Shown here: one piece after another, positions 30,363 through 39,421 of the stretch | How positions within the stretch are numbered: the stretch's first letter is position 1 | How the letters are laid out: the number at the start of each line of letters is the position of its first letter | DNA from: a virus | IMG/VR virus record: IMGVR_UViG_3300035232_000745 | Strand: one strand, 5' to 3' | Length of the DNA stretch: 64,000 bases | Notes under the pieces: generated by a model | Told to the model about the DNA's origin: nothing | Seen by the model: the letters and a program-made list of their open reading frames with translations, nothing else | Database searches by the model: none | Position numbers and translations under genes: made by a program

Positions 30363-30699
30363 ATGTTGATTTTTTTATATGAGCTTTAAGTCTTTCTGCG
30401 ACTTTAGCAAAGTATTTTCCACCAGCTACGATATCGGGTTCATCGTCCCAATGTCCTTCTCTATAATCGATATCGGCTCGATTATCTAGATCGGCTCTAA
30501 AGGTTTCTAGCACTTCAACGTCTACCAATGTAGAGCGCTTAACCTTACCTGCTAGTATATTCTCTAAAAAAGAAACGTAATCTTTTTCAAGAGATTTTGG
30601 CTCAATGCCCTCTGCACATTCAACGAAGTTACACAACTCAGAATAAGTATACTCTGCTTTGCCTGACAGGCTGATGCCGAATGGGATTTGATTACTCAT
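30361..30699 (-). CDS. Hypothetical early protein
   Basis: 112-aa ORF with AGGA SD and sigma70 promoter. Confidence 0.75.
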   Translation of the reverse strand: MSNQIPFGISLSGKAEYTYSELCNFVECAEGIEPKSLEKDYVSFLENILAGKVKRSTLVDVEVLETFRADLDNRADIDYREGHWDDEPDIVAGGKYFAKVAERLKAHIKKST

Positions 30700-30730
30700 A
30701 TTATAGTCCTTTCTAATTAACTATAAAGCT

Positions 30731-30758
30731 ATTATACCGTATTGATTCTAAATGTCAA
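30731..30758 (-). promoter_or_regulatory. Sigma70-type early promoter TTGACA-N16-TATAAT
   Basis: Perfect hexamers; GANTC site in spacer. Confidence 0.85.
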
Positions 30759-30767
30759 CCGTTATAT

Positions 30768-30983
30768 TTAAAATTCTTCTACCTCATATCTAATAGTATA
30801 ATCTGAACCGTACTCATCACAAACTGTTTTATGAATGTTATTGAATTTCATAGCTAATTTCTTAGCCGAAAAATAACCGTCGTAAGTAGCAATAATTTTA
30901 GGTACTGTAATATCAACGCCGTTAATACGACCTTCTGCTATCGCTGCTCTTGAGAACTTTTCGATTTTTAAAACGTTGTACAT
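30768..30983 (-). CDS. Hypothetical early protein
   Basis: 71-aa ORF with GAGG SD. Confidence 0.7.
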   Translation of the reverse strand: MYNVLKIEKFSRAAIAEGRINGVDITVPKIIATYDGYFSAKKLAMKFNNIHKTVCDEYGSDYTIRYEVEEF

Positions 30984-31012
30984 TTCGTGTTCCTCTGTTT
31001 TTAACTAGAATC

Positions 31013-31041
31013 AATATAGCATAAAAAAAGAGGGCTGTAAA
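31013..31041 (-). promoter_or_regulatory. Early promoter TTTACA-N17-TATATT overlapping a terminator-like hairpin (about 31023-31051)
   Basis: Hexamers with extended -10 TG; A-run/AGGG...CCCC/T-run hairpin. Confidence 0.65.
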
Positions 31042-31075
31042 CCCCCTTTTTAAATTAGTTTGATTTAATTTAGAA

Positions 31076-31294
31076 TTAATCTTTGTTAGAAACGAAGCTA
31101 TACATTTCTTTAGCTTTTTCCATTAGATCATCCATTGAATACATTTGGTAAGAAGATTGGACGTCTTCAATAGTTTTCTTACCCTGTTCCATCATGCTTT
31201 CAGCAAATTGAACATTCATATGGTATTGTTGATCCATGTATTCTTTAGCAAGCTGTAACATTTCAGCTCTAATTTCGAATGGGTTTTTACTCAT
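31076..31294 (-). CDS. Conserved hypothetical protein of marine T4-like phages
   Basis: MSKNPFEIRAEMLQLAKEY...KAKEMYSFV pattern; AGGAG SD. Confidence 0.75.
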   Translation of the reverse strand: MSKNPFEIRAEMLQLAKEYMDQQYHMNVQFAESMMEQGKKTIEDVQSSYQMYSMDDLMEKAKEMYSFVSNKD

Positions 31295-31341
31295 TTTATT
31301 CTCCTGTGTTGTGTGTGATGTTACTTAATGTAACGTTATAT

Positions 31342-31560
31342 TTATCCGCCTGGTACAAAGCCCTTTGGCTTATAAAAATTCTTTTGAGCATGTATTCTGC
31401 CGAGAAGAGATTGTATCTCGTGCATTTCGTCTTTTAATTTTAATGAAGTTTCACCGTTTGCAATAGCCATGCCTCTACGACCTGCTTTCGCTCTTAATGC
31501 TTCTTCAATAATTTCAATATCTCTTATATCGAGATTAAACTTTGTATTTGGTTTTATCAT
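31342..31560 (-). CDS. Hypothetical protein
   Basis: Likely start MIKPNTKF at 31560 (AAGGA SD); the upstream extension in the ORF track overlaps a terminator. Confidence 0.7.
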   Translation of the reverse strand: MIKPNTKFNLDIRDIEIIEEALRAKAGRRGMAIANGETSLKLKDEMHEIQSLLGRIHAQKNFYKPKGFVPGG

Positions 31561-31573
31561 GTTATAAATCCTT

Positions 31574-31605
31574 AAAAGCGATAGCAAGAATTAACTCGCT
31601 ATCGC
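31574..31605 (-). terminator. Intrinsic terminator after the NCS1 gene
   Basis: GCGATAGCGAG-TTAATT-CTTGCTATCGC followed by TTTT on the minus strand. Confidence 0.8.
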
Positions 31606-31612
31606 ATATTCT

Positions 31613-33022
31613 TTATTTTTTAGTAATTGCGTAATAAACTAAACCACCAAGTGCAGCGCCAATTACCCAAGAGAAACCTGACAAGAATGCCAATGAACCT
31701 ACCCAGACAGTCGCTACTGAGAAAATAGCAGGTACAACAAAAGCGATCATAGCTTTTTTGTTCCAACCATTATCGTAGTAATACTCACCATCTTCAGATG
31801 CCGAGAATAATTGTTCTACGTTTAATTTGCCTTTCTTAAGCATGTAGTAATCAACCATCATAATACCGTAGATAGGTGCAAGTACAGCTCCTAAAGTATT
31901 AACAAACCCGAAGATACCGAGCTGTGAAATAGTTGATACCCATAATCCACCAATGATAAGAGCAAAACCTGATGTAATCAAACCACCGAGTTTAAAATCG
32001 ATTTTTGAAGGCATTAGATTAGCGATATCATACGCTGGAGGGATAAAGTTTGCAACGATATTAATACCGATAGTTGCTACGAAAAACATAATCGCTGCAA
32101 CGACAGTCAATGGTAAAGAATCTACCATCGCAATAATATCAGTTGGACTTGTAACCGCTTCACCCCAGATTGCAATAGTACCTGAAGTAACGATAAGTGT
32201 AATCAATGAAAAGAATGCAATATTCAATGGCAAACCAATCAAGTTACCTTTTTTCATTGCAGCTTGTGTTTTAACGTTACGTGAGAAGTCACCATAGTTA
32301 ATTACAACTGCTGCGAAATAAGCGATCATTGTTCCTACAATAGCTACGAATGCTGAGAAAGATGTACCTACGTATTCGCCTGTACCTTCAAAGATTGTAC
32401 CCATTTCTGTAGTAAGTCCTGAACCTGCTTTTACCCAAATAGTGAGAGCCAAAGCAATCATTACTGCGTAAACAAAAGGACCTGCGAAATTTAGGAATTT
32501 AGTAATCCAAGGGATACCTTTCCAGAACAGATATACTTGAAATGCCCAAACGAATAGGAACGATACCCAATCGATTGTACTCATACCTAGCATTACTGCT
32601 TCCCCATTTCCACCTGCTAATGCCGAAATTAATAGCGATACTGCGGTTGATGCGAAATAAGTTTGTGCACCATACCAAAAGATTGCTACAATTCCGCGGG
32701 CCACAGCCGGGAAGTTAGCACCTCTTACCCCCATACTCGAACGAGCCATAACAGGGAATGGGATACCGTACTTAACGCTTGGCTCACCCATCAAATTGAC
32801 TAACCACATTACAAAAAGACCGGCCAACATGATGGCAGCAAATACTGTCCAACCGTTTAAACCAAATGAGATGAATAGAGATGCTGCTAGCGTATAACCA
32901 AACAAACTTTGAATGTCGTTAGACCATACGTTAAAAATCTCGAACGCACCCCATGTACGTTTCTTTTCTGGAATGGGAGCCAAGTCTTCATTATATAAAC
33001 TTGGGTCTTTGTTTTTTAACAT
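31613..33022 (-). CDS. NCS1 family nucleobase:cation symporter (uracil/allantoin/purine permease)
   Basis: LYNEDLAP..RTW, KYGIPFPVMARSSMGVRGA, NYGDFSR, MMVDYY; about 12 hydrophobic helices. Confidence 0.93.
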   Translation of the reverse strand: MLKNKDPSLYNEDLAPIPEKKRTWGAFEIFNVWSNDIQSLFGYTLAASLFISFGLNGWTVFAAIMLAGLFVMWLVNLMGEPSVKYGIPFPVMARSSMGVRGANFPAVARGIVAIFWYGAQTYFASTAVSLLISALAGGNGEAVMLGMSTIDWVSFLFVWAFQVYLFWKGIPWITKFLNFAGPFVYAVMIALALTIWVKAGSGLTTEMGTIFEGTGEYVGTSFSAFVAIVGTMIAYFAAVVINYGDFSRNVKTQAAMKKGNLIGLPLNIAFFSLITLIVTSGTIAIWGEAVTSPTDIIAMVDSLPLTVVAAIMFFVATIGINIVANFIPPAYDIANLMPSKIDFKLGGLITSGFALIIGGLWVSTISQLGIFGFVNTLGAVLAPIYGIMMVDYYMLKKGKLNVEQLFSASEDGEYYYDNGWNKKAMIAFVVPAIFSVATVWVGSLAFLSGFSWVIGAALGGLVYYAITKK

Positions 33023-33058
33023 TATATACTCCTTTTAATATGTTAATGCCCAATTACT

Positions 33059-33086
33059 ATTCTAACATAATTGGGCAAAATGTCAA
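33059..33086 (-). promoter_or_regulatory. Sigma70-type promoter TTGACA-N16-TAGAAT for NCS1
   Basis: Consensus hexamers with extended -10 TG. Confidence 0.75.
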
Positions 33087-33096
33087 CCTTTTTTGA

Positions 33097-33960
33097 TTAT
33101 CCTGACGTTGCGTCAACAATCATTCTAATGTTCTGAGATATTTTAGCATTAAACTCAGCATCAGTTTGATTATGATTCAAACCTTCACTTAAAGCTCTAC
33201 TAAAACTTGCAGTGACATCATGATTCATCGATAATCTACGACACGCTTCAGCTGTTGCGTATCCTCCACTAAGAAACACAATACGGTTTACACTATGGTT
33301 TGCTGTAAGATTGTGATATAGGTTGGGTACTTCTGGAGGCGTCAGCTTTAAAATAACTTGGTAATCTTTTCCAATTAAGTATTTTTGTAACGCGTCGTAT
33401 AACTCGTGTTCTATTAATTCTTTTTCTTCGTGATCAATAGGAACTTCGGGTTCTACTATTGGCATAAGTCCGTATTCTTGGATTGTATGTGCCAAAGTAA
33501 ATTGCTGCTTTAGAATAGGCTCAACCATATCTATACTTTTAATAATGCTTCGCATCTTAGTTCCGTATATAGGTTCACCTAATCCGTCAGTAGCAAATTC
33601 TAATATTTGTTTTACAGGAAACTGTTTAAGCATCCCGCTTTCTTCACAGCCATCATCTATCTTTAAAAAGGAGTCGATACCTTTATTTGCGAGTTCATTA
33701 ACCATTCCTCGAGTAACTGTATCTTTATAAAGAATTGCGGCCCAAACATTTGTATCGTTGAAATCAGGAGAATTAACCATTCTCATTCTCATTTCGTGTA
33801 CACGATCCATCTTGTTTTCTTCGGTGTATTCACGACCATAACGTTCTAATACACCGCCAGTCGAACCACCGCTGTGGTCCATTGCCGCTATGAATCTTGC
33901 ATCATAGCGGGTTTGGCTTTCTAAAAAATCACCTGCTGTTGTGAATTTTAAATCGCTCAT
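33097..33960 (-). CDS. fda: Class I fructose-1,6-bisphosphate aldolase (bacterial Fda type)
   Basis: FIAAMDHSGGST, FLKIDDG, GTKMRS, PIVEPEV, LKLT (Schiff-base Lys), FLSGGY, ASFSRALSEGL. Confidence 0.9.
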   Translation of the reverse strand: MSDLKFTTAGDFLESQTRYDARFIAAMDHSGGSTGGVLERYGREYTEENKMDRVHEMRMRMVNSPDFNDTNVWAAILYKDTVTRGMVNELANKGIDSFLKIDDGCEESGMLKQFPVKQILEFATDGLGEPIYGTKMRSIIKSIDMVEPILKQQFTLAHTIQEYGLMPIVEPEVPIDHEEKELIEHELYDALQKYLIGKDYQVILKLTPPEVPNLYHNLTANHSVNRIVFLSGGYATAEACRRLSMNHDVTASFSRALSEGLNHNQTDAEFNAKISQNIRMIVDATSG

Positions 33961-34130
33961 TTACCTAATCCAAAACATGGTAAAATATTTAAATTACAAT
34001 AACGGCCGTAATCTTCGAGACCAACCATTGCCATTAACATTAATACCGGTAAAACACCAATAATAAAGAATATGACTAAGAAAGCCCAACCAAGTCCTTT
34101 AGTTGTGCAATATTGTGTTTGTTCACTCAT
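33957..34130 (-). CDS. Small membrane protein
   Basis: Likely start MSEQTQYC at 34130; one long hydrophobic helix. Confidence 0.6.
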   Translation of the reverse strand: MSEQTQYCTTKGLGWAFLVIFFIIGVLPVLMLMAMVGLEDYGRYCNLNILPCFGLGK

Positions 34131-34419
34131 GCTCGCCACCATTTGCGCGACCACTGTAATTACCAAATATGTTTGGTTTACGTTGAGCAGTTTCAAATGT
34201 TGCTACTGTAATAGCAATAGCGCCTAATAACAACGTATGCAATATCATACTAAATACGCCGGCCCACATACTTCCTACAATAATTGCGAATACAATACAC
34301 CACATCCAAGCAAGAACTTGCATAATCATATGTCGTGTACTAAAATCTGGAATATTGCTTAATGGATTTTTTTCGTGATCCATTACTACATTCCAACAGT
34401 CTACAATCCATCTATTCAT
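34123..34419 (-). CDS. Small membrane protein
   Basis: Two hydrophobic segments; C-terminal RANGGEHE. Confidence 0.7.
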   Translation of the reverse strand: MNRWIVDCWNVVMDHEKNPLSNIPDFSTRHMIMQVLAWMWCIVFAIIVGSMWAGVFSMILHTLLLGAIAITVATFETAQRKPNIFGNYSGRANGGEHE

Positions 34420-34606
34420 AGTCTTTTACTCCGTGTTTATCAATATCGTTAAGAATCATTTGTATAGATTCTTTTATATCCTGAACCGAATCACCAGAAA
34501 TGTCAACAGGTTTTTCAGTCCAAGATCCTCCATCATCTGATGGATAAAATTCATGCACTGCATAATAACCATCATGCTTCATTAATTGGTAATGCCATTT
34601 ATTCAT
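34412..34606 (-). CDS. Hypothetical protein
   Basis: Likely start MNKWHYQL at 34606, overlapping the upstream stop. Confidence 0.65.
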   Translation of the reverse strand: MNKWHYQLMKHDGYYAVHEFYPSDDGGSWTEKPVDISGDSVQDIKESIQMILNDIDKHGVKDYE

Positions 34607-34937
34607 AGCTTTCGCCAGTTTCACGAAAGAAGTTTTCTGACCAAAAAGCTTTATCATCGATCCAAATATCGTAGTTTTCTTTTTCGCCTACGCTGAGTTC
34701 GTGATATTTCGCACCCCATTCAACGAGTTGATTATTAGTTAGTCTCCAATAATCTATACCGCTTACGCATCCGCGTGCAGTCATGTATTTAATAGTATGA
34801 CCTGCGTCGTATAAAGCATTTACTTTAGCAATTCGATCATACATCGGAATATGATTAGCATAATCCTTTTTACCACTTCCATCCATAAAATAGACTTCTT
34901 GGCATATAGTTCCGTCAATATCAATTATATATTTCAT
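34599..34937 (-). CDS. HAD-superfamily phosphatase (capsule-biosynthesis phosphatase-like)
   Basis: IDIDGT, TARG, K..YDIWIDDK motifs; GGAG SD before ATG at 34937. Confidence 0.85.
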   Translation of the reverse strand: MKYIIDIDGTICQEVYFMDGSGKKDYANHIPMYDRIAKVNALYDAGHTIKYMTARGCVSGIDYWRLTNNQLVEWGAKYHELSVGEKENYDIWIDDKAFWSENFFRETGESYE

Positions 34938-34951
34938 TTTATCTCCATTAT

Positions 34952-34978
34952 AAAAAAGGGAGGCCAAGAAAGCCTCCC
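34952..34978 (-). terminator. Intrinsic terminator after hsp20
   Basis: GGGAGGC-N7-GCCTCCC followed by a T-run on the minus strand. Confidence 0.85.
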
Positions 34979-34995
34979 AATCACAGTAAAATAAG

Positions 34996-35439
34996 TTAAC
35001 CTTTTAGAAGTTCTGGTTCTCTTCGGTTAATTTCAATTGTACGTGGTTTCTTCTCGTCTGGAATTACATTCTCTAGATGCACGCTAAGAATGCCTGCATC
35101 AAGATCAGCGCCGTTCACTACGATAGTGTCCATTAAAGTAAACGTACGATTGAAAGATCGAGCTGAAATACCTTTATGAATGTAGTTCTTCTCGTCATCT
35201 GTATTTTGGTTACCCTCAATAGTCAAAGTTCCATCTTTCAAAGTAATGTCTAAATCGTCGTAATTAAAACCTGCGATAGCCAATTGTAATTCGTACTGGT
35301 CTTCGCCCGTTTTGATAATATTATAAGGTGGGTAATTTGCCTGGTTAGGCGTTGCTGTTCTCATTCTATCTACCATGCGGTCAAAACCGATGAAGAATGG
35401 ATCGTTAAGCATAGTCGTATCTAATCTGCGAGTATTCAT
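34996..35439 (-). CDS. hsp20: Small heat shock protein Hsp20 (IbpA-like)
   Basis: YPPYNI, LAIAGF, YIHKGISARSFNRTFTL, GILSVHL. Confidence 0.95.
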   Translation of the reverse strand: MNTRRLDTTMLNDPFFIGFDRMVDRMRTATPNQANYPPYNIIKTGEDQYELQLAIAGFNYDDLDITLKDGTLTIEGNQNTDDEKNYIHKGISARSFNRTFTLMDTIVVNGADLDAGILSVHLENVIPDEKKPRTIEINRREPELLKG

Positions 35440-35496
35440 TTTGTTTCTCCTTAAATAAGCAAGATTAATGTAAGGAACCCATTATGGCATTCCTAC
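35440..35496 (-). promoter_or_regulatory. ROSE-like RNA thermometer in the hsp20 5'UTR
   Basis: UCUU-G-CUU-AUUU-AAG-GAGA hairpin, with UUGCU and a bulged G pairing with the SD; a second hairpin lies upstream. Confidence 0.7.
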
Positions 35497-35499
35497 TAT

Positions 35500-35507
35500 T
35501 ATTTATA
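35500..35507 (-). promoter_or_regulatory. Late promoter TATAAATA upstream of hsp20
   Basis: Exact consensus. Confidence 0.75.
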
Positions 35508-35533
35508 CACCGTTTATGATCAAAAGTACAACT

Positions 35534-35842
35534 TTATTCTACATAAGGCTCAAAATCACTGCCGTTAGCTACCATACAAGCCCATCCATTTGGGAACAGC
35601 GAAACTAAAGTCCATGAGCCTGTATCTTGATTTGTCATAAAAACCATTTCAGTTTTAATCATTTGGCCGCTTATGTGCTGTTGTAAGATTTCACCTTTAA
35701 ACAAAATCTGTTCGTCATACTTTTTAGTTTGTTCTGCCATAAGGGCAAAAGTACCGCAAGATTGTGATGCTTGAAACGGCGGTACTTGTTGAGCAGCTAA
35801 AGGTGTAGCTGTTAATGATAGTGCTAGTAAATATTTAAACAT
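35534..35842 (-). CDS. Exported hypothetical protein
   Basis: Signal peptide MFKYLLALSLTATPLAA; two Cys. Confidence 0.7.
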   Translation of the reverse strand: MFKYLLALSLTATPLAAQQVPPFQASQSCGTFALMAEQTKKYDEQILFKGEILQQHISGQMIKTEMVFMTNQDTGSWTLVSLFPNGWACMVANGSDFEPYVE

Positions 35843-35851
35843 TTTATTGTC

Positions 35852-36367
35852 CTATTCTCCAGTACTACCAAATCCTCCATCTCGATCTGTTTTCTGGTTA
35901 GGTTGAGTTTTGGTTTCAGATATTTTTACCTGTTGAGTTTTTTCTAATACACATTGTGCAAGACGTTCTCCGTCTGAAATAACTGCTAACGAATCTGTTT
36001 CGTTGTTTATCATAATATAAGTTTGTTCTACATAATCAGAATCTATAATTCCTGTACCATTTGCTAATACTAAACCTCTTTTTAACGCGACGCTTGACCT
36101 AATAAACATTTTAAGTACGTGCTTATCCGGTACATCAAAAATTAATCCAGTAGGAATAAGTATTCTTGTATCTGGTGGTAGCTGAAAAGAGTTTGGATTT
36201 TGACCTACACCCTTTACAGTGATGAATACTTCTTTATTCCAGTTATTATACGCTCGAAGTTTATCACCTCTTTTAAAACATGATTTAATATCAAAGGCTG
36301 CTGAACCTTCAGTTGCGTAAGTTGGTAATTCAGCGTTTTCATTCATTCTATAAATTTTCATTTTCAC
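35852..36367 (-). CDS. dut: Trimeric dUTPase
   Basis: AAFD, IRSS, GIIDSDY, ERLAQ, RDGGFGSTG motifs. Confidence 0.95.
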   Translation of the reverse strand: MKMKIYRMNENAELPTYATEGSAAFDIKSCFKRGDKLRAYNNWNKEVFITVKGVGQNPNSFQLPPDTRILIPTGLIFDVPDKHVLKMFIRSSVALKRGLVLANGTGIIDSDYVEQTYIMINNETDSLAVISDGERLAQCVLEKTQQVKISETKTQPNQKTDRDGGFGSTGE

Positions 36368-36777
36368 TTCTTTCCAATGTTATACTTTGCTTCCAGAATC
36401 CAATTTTGTTTTTCTTTATGAGATATAATCTTAATTTGATTAAGCTGAGCAATCGGTGATTGAGCTTTTTCAGTATTTACGACAGATAATAAATCCCATT
36501 CTTCTAGTAAATTAACTATAGTATTTCTTCTTGCTTCATCTTCTTCTACAAATGTATCTTTTTTACCGTCTAAAATAAACAATTCTTTAAAATGCAAAAT
36601 CGCATATTTACCTTGTTTATGTAGTATATGGCAAGTTTGGTAAAGCTTTTTCTCTTTACGAGACGAAATACCAATACGAGTAAGTGTTTCTTTTACTTTA
36701 AGGAAACTGTCTGGTGTTGGTAAAGAAATCTCTACTCCTACACCTTTAAAAATATCTTCTTCTGAGTTCATAACCAC
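36364..36777 (-). CDS. regA: Translational repressor RegA
   Basis: FLKVKETLTRIGISSRKEKKLYQTCHILHKQGKYAILHFKELF. Confidence 0.95.
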   Translation of the reverse strand: MVMNSEEDIFKGVGVEISLPTPDSFLKVKETLTRIGISSRKEKKLYQTCHILHKQGKYAILHFKELFILDGKKDTFVEEDEARRNTIVNLLEEWDLLSVVNTEKAQSPIAQLNQIKIISHKEKQNWILEAKYNIGKK

Positions 36778-36858
36778 ATCGCCTTCTTTTTATTATTATT
36801 ATGTATGGTACGGCTTCAAATTGCTCAACCGTTGTAATTATTTATCAGAAGTAAGTAT

Positions 36859-37263
36859 TCACCTGGTAGACCCGCCAATCTCAAGGCGTGAATGAACTGA
36901 TTTAAGATCATCTGCGCTCAAGGCTTTTAAATATTGTTTAGCAACTGTTCTATTGCATTGGTAAACTTCTTGTATTGCATCGAGATCTTTACTCTTATCG
37001 GCCTTAGGCCATTTACTAAAGCGTTTACGTTTACGTAGCGCTGTTCTATAGTAATCAAATTGCGCTTTAGCTGGTAGATGAGATCTCATATTCATTTCAT
37101 TAGCATGTAGGATAGTATCTTCAAAGTTTGTAAAACCTCTATTTACGATATAAGCTGAGTACAAATTCTCTGCTATTTCAGGATTATCATTATTAGATAT
37201 GATATCGTCCTTAGAGAAAGACGCAGCATTCATAAAATCAAAGGGTGTTATTTCTTTGGGCAT
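36859..37263 (-). CDS. gp62: Clamp loader small subunit gp62
   Basis: YIVNRGF...HANEMN...QFDYY..LRKRKRFSKW. Confidence 0.9.
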   Translation of the reverse strand: MPKEITPFDFMNAASFSKDDIISNNDNPEIAENLYSAYIVNRGFTNFEDTILHANEMNMRSHLPAKAQFDYYRTALRKRKRFSKWPKADKSKDLDAIQEVYQCNRTVAKQYLKALSADDLKSVHSRLEIGGSTR

Positions 37264-37447
37264 CTAAATTCTCCTCTAAATCTTTCATCATATCATCAAA
37301 ATCACCAGAACAATCTTGACATAGCTTAAGATGTAACGGTCCTTCCATAGTGTCAACGTCTACACTATAAACTTGCTTCTTTGTGATATACTTGTTACAG
37401 TTAAAACACTCTTGCATACCAACTAACTTTTTAATCCAATCACTCAT
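37238..37447 (-). CDS. Small zinc-binding hypothetical protein
   Basis: CFNC...CQDC. Confidence 0.65.
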   Translation of the reverse strand: MSDWIKKLVGMQECFNCNKYITKKQVYSVDVDTMEGPLHLKLCQDCSGDFDDMMKDLEENLDAQRNNTL

Positions 37448-38397
37448 TTATACTCTGCTTCCATCATTACTTCTGTTAAGAAAGCAACCATGTTAACTTC
37501 TAAGTCAGCTACGAAGTTAGCTTTGTACATGTAATCAGCAAGAGTAACTACGAAACCTGGTAATGAACGCAATTCAATCTTTTCAGAAGCCATATCATAT
37601 ATACGCCTAAACATTTCATTCATATCTTGATCTGAATTGTTTGCAACCCATTTTCTCATGTTAGTAAAGTCTTTAGCTTTAAGTAGCCTGAATATTTCAT
37701 CCATTGAATCTTGTTTTAGATTAACAAATATGCCTTCATCAATACGACCTGAAGCTGCATATGATTGTAGCTCAGTAAGTACACGACGGAAATCAGGGAA
37801 GTGGCGCTCAATAACTTTAGCAACTACTTTTTTATCAAAATCTACCTGTTCTAACTCAAGTATTTGTAGCACGCGTTTATAGAATTGTGCTGCCATAGAT
37901 GGTCTATCAGTTGTTTCTATAGTGAAATCAACTTCACTCAAACGAGAGCGGAGAGGTGCAATGATACGGTTTTTAAAGTTACACGTAAATATAAATCCGC
38001 AATTAGATGAATATTCTTCGATAAAGTTACGTAAAGCTGGTTGAACATTTGCAGCGTTTAGGTAGTCAGCTTCATCAAAGATAACATATTTACGACCACC
38101 ACTAAGGGATACAGCCGAGGCATATGTTGAAATATCATAACGAAGAGTATCAATGTTAACATTCAATGAACCATTCTTTACAATATAATCACAACCCATT
38201 TCTTCAAGCATGGCTTTTGCGATAGTTGTTTTACCTACACCTGGACCACCAGACAACAATAAGTTTGGAATGCTATCATCAGCTACAAACTTTTTAAACA
38301 TTGCTTTGGTGTTTTCTGGTAGAATTGTATCGTTTATTTTTTGTGGTCGATACTTTTCAACCCACAGTACTTCATTTGCTTTAGCATCAATAGACAT
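37444..38397 (-). CDS. gp44: Clamp loader large subunit gp44 (AAA+)
   Basis: WVEKYRP, GPGVGKT, DEAD, LRSRL, FPDFR. Confidence 0.96.
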   Translation of the reverse strand: MSIDAKANEVLWVEKYRPQKINDTILPENTKAMFKKFVADDSIPNLLLSGGPGVGKTTIAKAMLEEMGCDYIVKNGSLNVNIDTLRYDISTYASAVSLSGGRKYVIFDEADYLNAANVQPALRNFIEEYSSNCGFIFTCNFKNRIIAPLRSRLSEVDFTIETTDRPSMAAQFYKRVLQILELEQVDFDKKVVAKVIERHFPDFRRVLTELQSYAASGRIDEGIFVNLKQDSMDEIFRLLKAKDFTNMRKWVANNSDQDMNEMFRRIYDMASEKIELRSLPGFVVTLADYMYKANFVADLEVNMVAFLTEVMMEAEYK

Positions 38398-38459
38398 ATA
38401 ATCACCATTTCATAATATATAAATTGCAGGTTTATAACGAGAGCCTGCGTCGTTTAGTA

Positions 38460-38723
38460 TTACTGAACCTTGTCAGCAAGCGGTGCATCTTCAGGTACAG
38501 CTGCTGGTGCGTCTACCGGCATACTACCTTCTGGTGCTTCACCTTGCGGTGCATTTTGCTGCAAGAAAACTTCGAATTTATTACGAAGCATTCCAATGCC
38601 TGCAAGTTCTCGGCCTTCAATACCACCGCGGCGACTGACTACGTCAATCAATTGTACGACGGTTGCGATATCTTGAAGAGACAGATTTACTGGCTCTTGT
38701 TGTGGTTGTTCTTGATCGCTCAT
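38460..38723 (-). CDS. Conserved hypothetical protein
   Basis: LSLQDI...IDVVSRRGG..GREL..G.LR pattern; AGGA SD. Confidence 0.75.
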   Translation of the reverse strand: MSDQEQPQQEPVNLSLQDIATVVQLIDVVSRRGGIEGRELAGIGMLRNKFEVFLQQNAPQGEAPEGSMPVDAPAAVPEDAPLADKVQ

Positions 38724-38726
38724 ATT

Positions 38727-39389
38727 TTATCCTTTCTGATAAGTCGACTTAGTATCAATTGCTACATAATAAGTAGCGGTTTCCCCTTTAAACTCAGAGA
38801 TACCCTTTGCGCAAAGGGTAACATGATAGTTCTGAGGTAGGAGCTTAAGATTATCAGTTTTGATAATAACCTTAAATTCGTCTTGTGTTGTGCCAATTTC
38901 AACACCATAATCATCGGCGCTTGTATCTGCGCTATTAATAGCTTTCAGGTATACTTTACCTTCACTACCAACAAATGCAACTTCATTAAACTGAAGAACA
39001 CCAGCAGCTTTGATTACAGATTGCATGTCGTCCCAAAGAACATCAACAATAACATCTGATGATGGCAATTCGATATCTTTTTCTGGGGCTGCATGTATCA
39101 TTGAAATATCGGCAAACGCGTATTTTGTACGTTGTTTACCTTCAGCAATAGTGAAGTATTTATCATGAAACTCAACGTCAGGGTCCTTATAAAGGCCTAA
39201 AATTGAAAGAAATCTTGATAAATCATATACACATGCTTCAGAAGGTAAGCTTTCAGAGATGGTTGCTTTAGCAACTAATGTTTTCTCTGGTGTGATTGTT
39301 TTAAGTGTATTGCCAGGTTTCAACAAGATAGACTTGTTGATAGTAGAGAAACTCTTAAGTATTGTAAGAGTATTTTCAGAAAATTTCAT
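38727..39389 (-). CDS. gp45: Sliding clamp gp45
   Basis: MKFSENTLTILKSFSTINKSI...VYDLSRFL. Confidence 0.95.
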   Translation of the reverse strand: MKFSENTLTILKSFSTINKSILLKPGNTLKTITPEKTLVAKATISESLPSEACVYDLSRFLSILGLYKDPDVEFHDKYFTIAEGKQRTKYAFADISMIHAAPEKDIELPSSDVIVDVLWDDMQSVIKAAGVLQFNEVAFVGSEGKVYLKAINSADTSADDYGVEIGTTQDEFKVIIKTDNLKLLPQNYHVTLCAKGISEFKGETATYYVAIDTKSTYQKG

Positions 39390-39421
39390 TATATAGTCTC
39401 CTATTGTATTATATAGATTGT

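Noticed and set aside
38424-38840. + strand ORFs 38424-38840 and 38470-38676
   Set aside because: Antisense to genuine minus-strand genes; no SD or recognisable motifs
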